The notes: generated from the sequence alone by a model not told the origin. Positions 47,724-55,952 are shown, counted from the first letter of the stretch. The stretch is DNA of 61,686 nt from Clostridia bacterium (GCA_028720145.1 JAQYLJ010000050.1:1-61686), one strand, 5' to 3'. Made by a program: numbers and translations.

Positions 47724-48716
47724 ATGTCGGTCAGTATTTTCCTTGGTCGCCCGCATGATATTGCGCGGGTCTATGCGAAAACAGAGCAGACTTTGAAAGC
47801 GGAAGCGGGACTACGCGGTCTTATGACGCGGGAAGAAGTTTTAGCGGGCAATGCGAAAGATGTCTCCTATATTTTTTCCACATGGGGGATGCCGCAGTTT
47901 ACCGAAGAAGAGATCCGCTCTTGTCTCCCCTCACTGAAAGCGGTATTTTATGCCGCAGGTTCGGTGCGCTATTTCGCTGAGCCCTTTATCAACAGCGGCA
48001 TCTCGGTTTTTTCCGCGTGGGCGGCGAACGCTATCCCCGTCGCCGAGTATACGGTCGCGCAGATCATTCTCGCGAACAAGGGCTTTTATAACACCTCCGC
48101 TTTGATGAAAGCACAGAAACTCGATGAGACCCACGCCCTGCGAGATGCCATGCCCGGAAACTTCGGGACGAAAGTCGGACTTATCGGTGCGGGTATGATC
48201 GGCAGCATGGTCGCCGAGAAACTCCATGCGATTACCGATTTGGAAATCCTCGCGTTCGACCCCTTTATGAGCGAAGAGAAAGCGAAGAGAATCGGCGTTA
48301 CCTCCGTATCTCTCGAAACCCTCTTCTCCTCTTGTCAGACCATCTCCAACCATCTCGCCAATAACGCCGAGACCCAGGGGATGCTGAACGGCTCGCTCTT
48401 CCGACTGATGCCCGAGAATGCCGTGTTTCTGAACACGGGCAGAGGCGCGCAGGTGGTGGAACAAGATTTGATCGATTATCTCAAAACCCATCCGACCGCG
48501 ACTGCCGTTTTGGATGTGACGGCGCCCGAGCCTCCCGTCGAGGACAGTCCCCTCTACCATCTCCCGAATGTTGTCTTAACTCCCCATATCGCAGGAAGCA
48601 ACGGACATGAAGTCGAACGAATGGCGGCATTCATGCTGGACGAGTACCGTTTGTTCGTCTCAGGTCGACCGACCCGTTATCGGGTCTCTGCCGAGATGCT
48701 GAAAACCATGGCATAA
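47724..48716 (+). CDS. D-isomer-specific 2-hydroxyacid dehydrogenase family protein
   Basis: 330 aa. GGAGGAA RBS. It has the NAD-binding motif GLIGAGMIGSMVA, NTGRG and TPHIAGS. Confidence 0.85.
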   Translation: MSVSIFLGRPHDIARVYAKTEQTLKAEAGLRGLMTREEVLAGNAKDVSYIFSTWGMPQFTEEEIRSCLPSLKAVFYAAGSVRYFAEPFINSGISVFSAWAANAIPVAEYTVAQIILANKGFYNTSALMKAQKLDETHALRDAMPGNFGTKVGLIGAGMIGSMVAEKLHAITDLEILAFDPFMSEEKAKRIGVTSVSLETLFSSCQTISNHLANNAETQGMLNGSLFRLMPENAVFLNTGRGAQVVEQDLIDYLKTHPTATAVLDVTAPEPPVEDSPLYHLPNVVLTPHIAGSNGHEVERMAAFMLDEYRLFVSGRPTRYRVSAEMLKTMA

Positions 48717-48725
48717 GGAGACAGT

Positions 48726-49481
48726 ATGTTCTATCCCGGACTTGTATCGATTTCTTTTCGTTCACTCACCCCAAAAGAAGTGATTTCCGTCTGCCGTGAC
48801 GCACAGCTCGACCGTGTGGAATGGGGGACCGACTCGCACACAAAAACACCGCTCGATGCCGAAACGGTGTATGAGATGGGGAGCGCCGCGGGCGTTCTTC
48901 CCTGTTCCTGCGGGTCCTATTATAAACTCGGGTTTTCTCCGCGTGAGTCTTTCCCCACTCTTTTGAAAATCGCAAAAAATCTACATACCGATTTGATTCG
49001 GATTTGGGGAGGAAATCATGGTTCCGCAGATCTAACTGCGCGCGATACCGCTGCGCTCGCCAAAGAGGCGCACGAACTCGCGACCATGGCGGACGCGGAG
49101 GGCCTCACGCTCGCGCTCGAATGTCATCCGAACACCTTGACCGACCGTTATGAAGCCGAACTTGCTTTTCTCGAATCGGTCGACCATCCGCGGCTCGTCA
49201 CCTATTGGCAGCCCAATCAGTTCGAGAGCCGCTCCTACAATCTCGAAGCGGCGGAAGCACTCGCGCCTTTCACAAAAATGATTCATGTCTACGCATGGTC
49301 TGCGACCGAGCGGTTCCCTCTTTCGTCAGACCGGGAGATTTGGTCAGAATACCTCTCTGTCTTTCAAAAGGCGGGCGGCGACTATGGCACGCTTTTGGAA
49401 TTTATGCCGGACGACGACCCCGCGACCCTGCCGCGAGAAGCCGCTGTGTTACGGGAAATCATCCAAACCGTGTCGAAATAA
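48726..49481 (+). CDS. sugar phosphate isomerase/epimerase (xylose-isomerase-like TIM barrel)
   Basis: 251 aa. AAGGAGA RBS. Its features are typical of the AP-endonuclease-2/TIM-barrel family: SISFRSL, LALECHPNTL and a conserved acidic/His pattern. Confidence 0.7.
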   Translation: MFYPGLVSISFRSLTPKEVISVCRDAQLDRVEWGTDSHTKTPLDAETVYEMGSAAGVLPCSCGSYYKLGFSPRESFPTLLKIAKNLHTDLIRIWGGNHGSADLTARDTAALAKEAHELATMADAEGLTLALECHPNTLTDRYEAELAFLESVDHPRLVTYWQPNQFESRSYNLEAAEALAPFTKMIHVYAWSATERFPLSSDREIWSEYLSVFQKAGGDYGTLLEFMPDDDPATLPREAAVLREIIQTVSK

Positions 49482-49486
49482 AACGA

Positions 49487-49516
49487 CGGGTGTTGCGTTT
49501 GCAACACCCGCTTTTT
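49487..49516. terminator. bidirectional intrinsic terminator
   Basis: CGGGTGTTGC-GTTT-GCAACACCCG followed by CTTTTTT, with AAAA upstream. It lies between convergent genes. Confidence 0.8.
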
Positions 49517-51426
49517 TAATAGACGCTTTGATTCTCCCGATAGGTTTTCCACACATTCTCGAAGAATCCGCCTCCCGACGGAATGGGACGCACCCGCCGC
49601 CAAATGACGGTGCCGTCGAGTTTCACCATTTGCACTTCGTCGTTAAGACCCGCCTCGGGAATAAACGCCATACCGTTTAACCCGCAGGGAGCGGTCCCCC
49701 GACTGTTCTTATAGAGTGCGGACCCGCGTGTCTTTCCGTTCGTCTTGCTATAGAAGTCCATCATGGCAGTCAGAAGGACCAGTCGGCACGCAAGCGTGTC
49801 TTTCAATTTATAGAGCGCAGGGATTTCTTCGGTTTTCCGAATGCGGACAAGATGAGAGAACTCCTGGAGCATATTCCGTGTGCCGGACAGTTCCACCGCC
49901 ATCGCCTCCGGGTCACGCACAGCGCCCGCAACGCGCGTCATTGTGTTTCGCAACGCATCCGAGAACCGCGCGACATTGCTCTTGTCTCCCGAGAGTACCT
50001 CCGTCAGCATGGCGTGATGCTTGCTGTAAACGGTTTTCGCCACGGAACGGAATTCGTCATCGAGGGGTCTCGGATATTTGGCAACATACGAAGCAGCACG
50101 CAGTGCGCCCACCTGTCCCGCATTCAGAGCGCTTCCACCGGGGCGATAGACACCATGGGTACCTGCCGCCTCTCCGGCACAGAAAAGTCCCGTGAGCGAA
50201 GTCTGCCACCATGTGTCGACCGCCGCACCACCATTACAGTGCTGGGCACAGAGCGCAATCTCCAAGCGTTCGCGTTTGAGGTCGATTCCCTTTTCCAAAT
50301 ACAACTCATATGCCGGCGCGTTCATATGGATCAACCGTTCAATCGGTGTGCCGAAACAAGCACCCGCCTCTTTGAGGTACGAGCGTGCTTCTGGTGCGAG
50401 CGTCTCATAGTCCACCCCACCGTACGGATTGGCGGTGAAATCCAAGTACACCCGCCGTCCGAGTTCCCGTTCCCGCGCGACCAAAAGATCCATCGCAGAG
50501 GATTTCTCCGCCTTGCGTGAATCGAACGGCCATTCATACCCTTTTAAGAATGTACGGTTTAGGCAATCCTCTTGCGAGAAAAACTCTTCCGCAAAATAGT
50601 GTTCGACCCCCATTTCGTCGACCGAGACAAAGCGGGGCAACACCTGCATATAGGTACCCGACACATTCCATCTCGGGGAGACCGATGCGAGTCCGTACTG
50701 CCATTCTGTCATGTTCTGCGCGAAAATACCGCTTTCAAACAGGACACCGCTGCTGCCGGTATGACAGGTAGGATATGCGCTGTCCCCGTAAACGCCTGCG
50801 GGTCCGCCCGTCGTCCAAATGATATTCCCGCACGAGATGAGTTGGAGCTCCCCTGCGTTTTTATTCCAGACCAGAAGACCCGAGACATGACCGTCCCGTT
50901 TGAGAATCTCCACGACCTGCATATGGTCGAGAATCGGAATACGGAGGTCCTGCACTTTTGCTTCGAGCGCTTCGGTCATGAATTTGGATGTCAAGGGACC
51001 GACCGAGGTCGCGCGCGCCCGCGGATCATGATCCGTCTTATATCCGACATATTCTCCGTATCGGTTGGTCGGGAACGGAACGCCGAGGGAAACGAGCCGC
51101 ATGAAACAGCTCACGGAGTTCGCCGCCTCGCAAAGCGCAACATCTCCGTCCACCGAGCCGCCCGCGAACAGGTCTTTCGCCATGTCGGCGGGACTGTCGG
51201 GAGCATCTCCCGCGAGACTGAGTTTATAGTAAGTCTGTTTATCCGAGCCGGTATTCCGAGAGGTCCCGCAAGAGATGCCCTCGGTGACTATCACGACATC
51301 GGTCATCCCGCGCTCCAATAAATACATGGCGGCTGCATATCCTGCCGCGCCCGTACCGACAACGACCGTAGACGCAATAAATACTTTTACCGATTTATCA
51401 CCAATCTTAATCGTCGATTTTTTCAC
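49516..51426 (-). CDS. FAD-dependent oxidoreductase (fumarate reductase/AprA/aspartate-oxidase-like flavoprotein)
   Basis: 636 aa. GTG start after AAGGAGG. It has the dinucleotide fold VVVGTGAAGYAAA and C-terminal flavoprotein motifs (CAGEAAGTHGVYRPGGSALNAG). Confidence 0.8.
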   Translation of the reverse strand: MKKSTIKIGDKSVKVFIASTVVVGTGAAGYAAAMYLLERGMTDVVIVTEGISCGTSRNTGSDKQTYYKLSLAGDAPDSPADMAKDLFAGGSVDGDVALCEAANSVSCFMRLVSLGVPFPTNRYGEYVGYKTDHDPRARATSVGPLTSKFMTEALEAKVQDLRIPILDHMQVVEILKRDGHVSGLLVWNKNAGELQLISCGNIIWTTGGPAGVYGDSAYPTCHTGSSGVLFESGIFAQNMTEWQYGLASVSPRWNVSGTYMQVLPRFVSVDEMGVEHYFAEEFFSQEDCLNRTFLKGYEWPFDSRKAEKSSAMDLLVARERELGRRVYLDFTANPYGGVDYETLAPEARSYLKEAGACFGTPIERLIHMNAPAYELYLEKGIDLKRERLEIALCAQHCNGGAAVDTWWQTSLTGLFCAGEAAGTHGVYRPGGSALNAGQVGALRAASYVAKYPRPLDDEFRSVAKTVYSKHHAMLTEVLSGDKSNVARFSDALRNTMTRVAGAVRDPEAMAVELSGTRNMLQEFSHLVRIRKTEEIPALYKLKDTLACRLVLLTAMMDFYSKTNGKTRGSALYKNSRGTAPCGLNGMAFIPEAGLNDEVQMVKLDGTVIWRRVRPIPSGGGFFENVWKTYRENQSVY

Positions 51427-51429
51427 TGA

Positions 51430-52182
51430 TCACAGCCTCCTTATATGGAAACCGCCGTCGACATCAATGGATTGCCCCGTCGTATAGCGGAATGCCCCGC
51501 TGACAAGAGCGAGAACCGCCGCGGCGATATCCTCGGGTTGTCCCCATCTCGCCACAGGCAATAGCCCTCCATCGATCAGCGCATCGTATTTTCCTTTGAC
51601 CCCGCTCGTCATGGGAGTCGCAATAATGCCGGGACGGATTTCATTCACCATAATCCCGTATTCGGCGAGTCGGTCGGCGAAGAGTGTGGTAATCATCGAC
51701 ACACCCGCCTTTGAGATACAGTATTCCCCGCGGCTGACCGAACTTGTATAGGCGGACATGGAACTGATATTGACAATATAGCCGCGAATCCCGTCGACCG
51801 TCTCATTTTGAATCATTTGATTCGCCGCATATTGGGTGATGAACATCATGGATTTGGTATTGATATTCATCACACGGTCGTAACTCTCCTCGGTCATTTC
51901 GAGGATATCGGTACGCACCGTGGGCGCGACTCCCGCAGCATTCAGAAGAACATCCAAATGTCCCTCTTCTCGAATCACGCGGTCTACCGTCGCGCGTCTC
52001 GATGCGTCATCGGTCAGATCGGCGCGAATATACCGCGCCTCGGAGCAGGTATCATAGCGTTCTTTCACGCGTGCCTCGTCCTGCACATCCATGCCATATA
52101 CCCGAAATCCTGCTTCGCAGAGCATCTTCACGCAGGCGAACCCGATGCCACCCGCGGCACCTGTCACAAGAGCGGTCTTCAT
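51430..52182 (-). CDS. short-chain dehydrogenase/reductase (SDR)
   Basis: The ATG at 52182 forms an ATGA overlap with the upstream stop. It has TGAAGGIG and the catalytic YxxxK (YCISKAG); 250 aa. Confidence 0.88.
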   Translation of the reverse strand: MKTALVTGAAGGIGFACVKMLCEAGFRVYGMDVQDEARVKERYDTCSEARYIRADLTDDASRRATVDRVIREEGHLDVLLNAAGVAPTVRTDILEMTEESYDRVMNINTKSMMFITQYAANQMIQNETVDGIRGYIVNISSMSAYTSSVSRGEYCISKAGVSMITTLFADRLAEYGIMVNEIRPGIIATPMTSGVKGKYDALIDGGLLPVARWGQPEDIAAAVLALVSGAFRYTTGQSIDVDGGFHIRRL

Positions 52183-53498
52183 ACAATCTTTCCTTCTTTC
52201 TTCATTGTTTGATATTCTTCTTGATAATAGGGATTCCGCACGACACAACCTGCAGTTCCGCCGCAACGCATGAGGCGGGTACACTGACTGCAAGCCAGAC
52301 AGATTTTGTTCTTTTGAAACTCTCCTGCCGCAAGGTCACGGACGAAATCGGGATAAGCAAGCGTCATTCTGCCGAATCCGATGAGATCCAGTTTTCCGCT
52401 CCCGACATACCCCGCCGCGACATTTGGAGCAACCGCACCGAGATAGGACATACCCGACGCGACGATGGCGATCCCGGGGACTTGTTCCCGAATGGATACG
52501 GTCCCTTCGAGCATCCGATGCACGCCGGTGAGCGGTTCTTCCTCGGGCGTATATCCCCCTTGCGCAAAGGGGCGATTGACATGGGGATTCACATAAGGAT
52601 TCCCCATGGTGATGTCAATGAAGTCGGTTCCTTCTGCCTTTAATTCGCCGACCAAGCGGCAGATTTCGGTCAGGTCGGGGATAATACCGCCTCCTTCGCG
52701 CACACCGAATCCCCAAGGATACGGGAATCCGTCATAAGCGCTCAGGCGGGAACAGACCAAAGTCTCATGCGGGACAGCCGCACGCACGCGCGCCACCGTC
52801 TCCTTCAAGAATCTCATGCGGTTCTCGTAGCACCCGCCGTATTTTCCGGGGCGATGATAGCCGGACATGAGCTCTCCCAAAAGATATCCGTGGCAGCTCT
52901 TGATATCAACGCCGTCAAACCCGCATTCGGCGGCGAGTTTCGCCGCATCGACAAAGGCATCTTGTAACCTGTCGAGATAATCGTCCGTCACGATTTGGTC
53001 GTCGGTAATCACCGTATGCTCTTCAAATATCGCGTTGTGATACGCGACGAGCTGCGCGGGTTTCCCATGGGGTTTCGACTGTCTGCCCGAATGCGTCAGT
53101 TGCAAAATCAAAAGCGGTTCGATCCCGCATTTCTCCCGTGCGACTCGCTTCATGTCGGAGACAAGCCGAGCGAACTCGCTCTTGGTCTCTTCCGTGAGAC
53201 GCAGCTGACGGGGATTCGCCTTTCCCTCATCGCAGACCGCGGTCGCCTCCATCCAGATGACCCCGGGACCCGCTTCCGCAAAACCTATGTATTTCGCCCG
53301 TGTCAATTCGCTCGGGGCACCGTTTGCTTCCCCGTCGCACCCCTCCATCGGTTGATAGACGATTCGATTGGCTGCCGTGCGGCACCCGATCGGGTATGGT
53401 GTAAACAGGGATTCGTAGCTCGATGCCATCGGGAAAAAATAGCCGAGAGCGGCAGACTGCCGCTCGAACTCATCAGATGTCAGTATCGCTTTTGCCAT
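52179..53498 (-). CDS. Old-Yellow-Enzyme-family NADH:flavin oxidoreductase with a C-terminal 4Fe-4S motif (FadH/BaiCD N-terminal-half type)
   Basis: The ATG at 53498 lies 6 nt after GGAGG. It has a TIM-barrel OYE core (LTHSGRQS, DGVDIKSCHGYLLGELMS) and ends with CLACSQCTRLMRCGGTAGC. No C-terminal FAD/NAD(P)H domain follows. Confidence 0.8.
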   Translation of the reverse strand: MAKAILTSDEFERQSAALGYFFPMASSYESLFTPYPIGCRTAANRIVYQPMEGCDGEANGAPSELTRAKYIGFAEAGPGVIWMEATAVCDEGKANPRQLRLTEETKSEFARLVSDMKRVAREKCGIEPLLILQLTHSGRQSKPHGKPAQLVAYHNAIFEEHTVITDDQIVTDDYLDRLQDAFVDAAKLAAECGFDGVDIKSCHGYLLGELMSGYHRPGKYGGCYENRMRFLKETVARVRAAVPHETLVCSRLSAYDGFPYPWGFGVREGGGIIPDLTEICRLVGELKAEGTDFIDITMGNPYVNPHVNRPFAQGGYTPEEEPLTGVHRMLEGTVSIREQVPGIAIVASGMSYLGAVAPNVAAGYVGSGKLDLIGFGRMTLAYPDFVRDLAAGEFQKNKICLACSQCTRLMRCGGTAGCVVRNPYYQEEYQTMKKEGKIV

Positions 53499-53586
53499 AT
53501 TCAACCTCCGGAATATGCAGGTTTTTGTACAATCTTATTATCTCAAATCACAAATTGAAATACTATGCTTAAATTTGCTTTGCCTA

Positions 53587-53615
53587 TTGCAATTACTGCA
53601 AAATTGTGATAGAAT
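53587..53615 (+). promoter_or_regulatory. promoter of the AraC-family regulator gene
   Basis: TTGCAA (53587..53592), a 17-nt spacer, then TGaTAGAAT (the -10 at 53610..53615). The -35 lies inside the palindrome TTGCA-ATTAC-TGCAA. Confidence 0.6.
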
Positions 53616-53644
53616 ACAAGTAGATTACCGAAAGGAGACGCATT

Positions 53645-54493
53645 ATGATCGTTGAAATGACAGGTCAGCACTTCTCCATGGCGTATCAAGACCATTGGAG
53701 TGAGTCCAGCCGTATCCTCTACAATCATTGTCATGAGGACTATGAAGTGCTGTTCATTATTCAAGGGAAATCCACCTTGGTGCTCGACAACAAAAAGTAT
53801 CTTCTGACCGAGAACAGTATTTGCGTGATCCCCCCCTACCGGTATCACAGCATTGAACTGTCTCCGAGCATGGCATACAAACGGCTCATCATCCAGTTCG
53901 ACCAGTCTGAGATTTCAAAGTCGCTTTTGCTGCGGTTCAACGAGCAACTGACGCACATACAGGGCATGGTGTACGAGCCGGTGATTCAAGTCTTTCAGAA
54001 GTGCTGTTCCCTGCTCTTGCACCGCAATACGGCGGAATACCAGCGGCTCGCACACGCCTACCTCATCGAAGCGATCTATCATATTGCCGACTGCTCGGAC
54101 AAAGTGCCGAGCCACGAACTCTCCATGAATCCCCTGACCCTTTCGGTCATCTCCTACATTGACGCACACCTCTACGAGCATATTTCCATTGCCGATATCG
54201 CGCAGGCGGTCTATTCCTCTTCCTCAAATATCTGCCATGTGTTCAAAGACGATATGAACACGAGTATTCTGCAATATGCGATGCAAAAGAAAATCGCGGA
54301 AGCGAAGAAACTGCTCTCCTCCGGCATGCAACCCATCGCGGTTGCAGAAGCCCTCGGATTCGGGGAATACTCGGGTTTCTACCGCACCTACAAAAAAATC
54401 ACGGGACAAACCCCACTCGACACACAGAAACAGGGGAAAATCCAACAGGCACAAGCGGGGGTTCTACCCCTCAAAAAAGACGCGGGGATCTGA
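53645..54493 (+). CDS. AraC-family transcriptional regulator (cupin sensor plus HTH)
   Basis: 282 aa. AAAGGAGA RBS. It has an N-terminal cupin-like region (HEDYEVLFIIQGKSTLVLD) and C-terminal AraC helix-turn-helix repeats (IADIAQAVYSSSSNICHVFK, AVAEALGFGEYSGFYRTYKK). Confidence 0.9.
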   Translation: MIVEMTGQHFSMAYQDHWSESSRILYNHCHEDYEVLFIIQGKSTLVLDNKKYLLTENSICVIPPYRYHSIELSPSMAYKRLIIQFDQSEISKSLLLRFNEQLTHIQGMVYEPVIQVFQKCCSLLLHRNTAEYQRLAHAYLIEAIYHIADCSDKVPSHELSMNPLTLSVISYIDAHLYEHISIADIAQAVYSSSSNICHVFKDDMNTSILQYAMQKKIAEAKKLLSSGMQPIAVAEALGFGEYSGFYRTYKKITGQTPLDTQKQGKIQQAQAGVLPLKKDAGI

Positions 54494-54508
54494 TGTCCCC
54501 GCGTTTTC
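54481..54508 (+). terminator. intrinsic terminator of the AraC gene
   Basis: CGCGGGGA-TCTGATG-TCCCCGCG followed by TTTTCC. The stop codon lies in the loop. Confidence 0.7.
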
Positions 54509-54595
54509 CTTATAACAATCATTCTATCGTTGGCGTTTCTCATAATGTGTTTTATCATATTTGTCATTTCAAGAGCCAATACCCCTTATCGTCGC

Positions 54596-54625
54596 TTGAC
54601 AACCGGCTCCCCCATGGGTTATAAT
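54596..54625 (+). promoter_or_regulatory. consensus promoter of the tRNA-Leu gene
   Basis: TTGACA (54596..54601), an 18-nt spacer, then TATAAT (54620..54625), 11 nt upstream of the tRNA 5' end. Confidence 0.75.
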
Positions 54626-54636
54626 AGCCGTTGTAC

Positions 54637-54719
54637 GCGGGTATGGCGGAATTGGCAGACGCGTCGGATTTAGGTTCCGATGGGCAACCGTGCAGGTTCA
54701 AGTCCTGTTACCCGCACCA
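54637..54719 (+). tRNA. tRNA-Leu (anticodon UAG), class II, with encoded CCA
   Basis: Hand-folded. The acceptor stem is GCGGGTA/TACCCGC and the D stem has 3 bp. The anticodon stem TCGGA/TCCGA closes a loop TTTAGGT, giving anticodon TAG. It has an 11-nt variable arm, a T arm GCAGG-TTCAAGT-CCTGT, discriminator A and CCA. Confidence 0.9.
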
Positions 54720-54722
54720 AAA

Positions 54723-54753
54723 ATCCTGAACGCTATCGCGTTCAGGATTTTTA
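54723..54753. terminator. bidirectional intrinsic terminator after the tRNA
   Basis: ATCCTGAACGC-TATC-GCGTTCAGGAT with a T-run downstream and an A-run upstream. Confidence 0.8.
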
Positions 54754-54755
54754 CT

Positions 54756-54833
54756 TTTTCACTCTTCACTTTTCACTCTTCACTAAACTCGCATTCAGAA
54801 TTTCAGGTAAAAAGTAATAGTGAATAGTGAAGA
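54756..54833. repeat. convergent heptamer (YTTCAC-type) repeat arrays flanking a 23-bp core
   Basis: The + strand reads TTTTCAC TCTTCAC TTTTCAC TCTTCAC (54756..54783, a perfect 14-mer duplication). The - strand reads TCTTCAC TATTCAC TATTAC TTTTTAC (54833..54807). The core 54784..54806 contains ATTCAGAATT. Confidence 0.7.
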
Positions 54834-54891
54834 GGTATTTGTGTATTTTTGATTTAAGTTTCCTTCTGTAACATTACTACACGACAACGAG

Positions 54892-54915
54892 GGCACCCAT
54901 ATTGGGTGCCTTTTC
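54892..54915 (+). terminator. orphan plus-strand intrinsic terminator
   Basis: GGCACCCA-TAT-TGGGTGCC followed by TTTTCCTTATTT. No annotated + strand gene ends here. Confidence 0.55.
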
Positions 54916-54993
54916 CTTATTTGACAGCGGAGAGACGAATATAGCTAGTAATAGCACGAAAGAGACTCTTTCATCACAAAATCTTGCGCAAGC

Positions 54994-55233
54994 TCACTCA
55001 AACAACTCGGAAATATCCACCTGCAAGATTTTTGCAATCGTATATACCTCAATATCGGTGGCTAGACGGATTTGCCCTTCCAATTTGGAATAACTCGTAA
55101 CATTGATGTCTACCCCCATGCTTTGCATTTTCGCAATGATTTCTACTTGCTTGAATTTTTGCATTTTGCGTATGCGTTCAATGTTAGCACCTACCATGTT
55201 AGCAGAGCCCAGAGGCTTTTTTCTTGTTTTCAT
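54994..55233 (-). CDS. Xre-family helix-turn-helix transcriptional regulator
   Basis: 79 aa. AGGAGG RBS. The sequence GANIERIRKMQKFKQVEIIAKMQSMGVDINVTSYSKLEGQIRLATDIEVYTIAKILQVDISELF matches the HTH_3 pattern. Confidence 0.8.
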   Translation of the reverse strand: MKTRKKPLGSANMVGANIERIRKMQKFKQVEIIAKMQSMGVDINVTSYSKLEGQIRLATDIEVYTIAKILQVDISELFE

Positions 55234-55332
55234 ATGGATGCCTCCTAAATGTTCTACTTTATTTATACATGACTATTTTGCATATAAAATTCCGAATTAG
55301 AATTATTCAATTTTCTTTTTCGGAATTTTGTA

Positions 55333-55361
55333 TTGACAAATTTCTAATTCAGAATTATAAT
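55333..55361 (+). promoter_or_regulatory. perfect consensus promoter overlapped by a palindromic operator
   Basis: TTGACA (55333..55338), a 17-nt spacer, then TATAAT (55356..55361). The palindrome TAATTC-A-GAATTA (55345..55357) spans the spacer and the -10. A second site, TAATTC-N7-GAATTA, lies at 55369..55387. Confidence 0.75.
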
Positions 55362-55399
55362 TAGAGCATAATTCTAAATTGGAATTAAAAGGAGTCGAT

Positions 55400-55876
55400 A
55401 TGAAAAAACTATTCTCATTTGTATTGGTAATCTCTTTGCTGACCGTTTTCGCGCTTGGATGCTTTTCATGCGGGAAAGAACCTGTAAAAGAACAAGACCC
55501 TCAATACGAAAAAGCACTATCTTTGGCAAAGATAGCAATTGACAAGTTAAAGTCAAAACTGAAATCTCCTTCAACTATGGTAGTAGCTAGCATTTCTGTT
55601 GAATATAGCGATTCCATGGATTTATCCGATATTCACATAATATATTCTGCTCAGAATTCATATGGTGGAACAGTAGATGACTCGGCATATTTTGCAATTC
55701 GACTGAGTACTAGTGGCATTAAAAGCTCCTATTTTGGCAATGCAATGGATTTAGTATCGTATTATGCTGCCATTGAAGGATTGCCTGATGCTTCTGATCG
55801 ATATCATACATTTATTCATTCGGACGATTATGGTTATCTCGGCGTCAGAAAGAGCGAAAACCTTCGATACTATTAA
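55400..55876 (+). CDS. lipoprotein of unknown function
   Basis: The ATG at 55400 follows AAAAGGAG. The signal peptide MKKLFSFVLVISLLTVFALGC has a lipobox (FALG/C); 158 aa. I recognise no family. Confidence 0.65.
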   Translation: MKKLFSFVLVISLLTVFALGCFSCGKEPVKEQDPQYEKALSLAKIAIDKLKSKLKSPSTMVVASISVEYSDSMDLSDIHIIYSAQNSYGGTVDDSAYFAIRLSTSGIKSSYFGNAMDLVSYYAAIEGLPDASDRYHTFIHSDDYGYLGVRKSENLRYY

Positions 55877-55952
55877 GGGATTACATGCAGTTTTCCGTGT
55901 ATTTGATGAACAAAGTCGCATGAATTTATATATTTGTAAGGATAGTATCACG

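Noticed and set aside
54756-54783. The tandem 14-mer duplication considered as a mini CRISPR array.
   Set aside because: The repeats are directly abutting with no spacers, only two units are present, and there are no cas genes. I report it as a repeat array instead.
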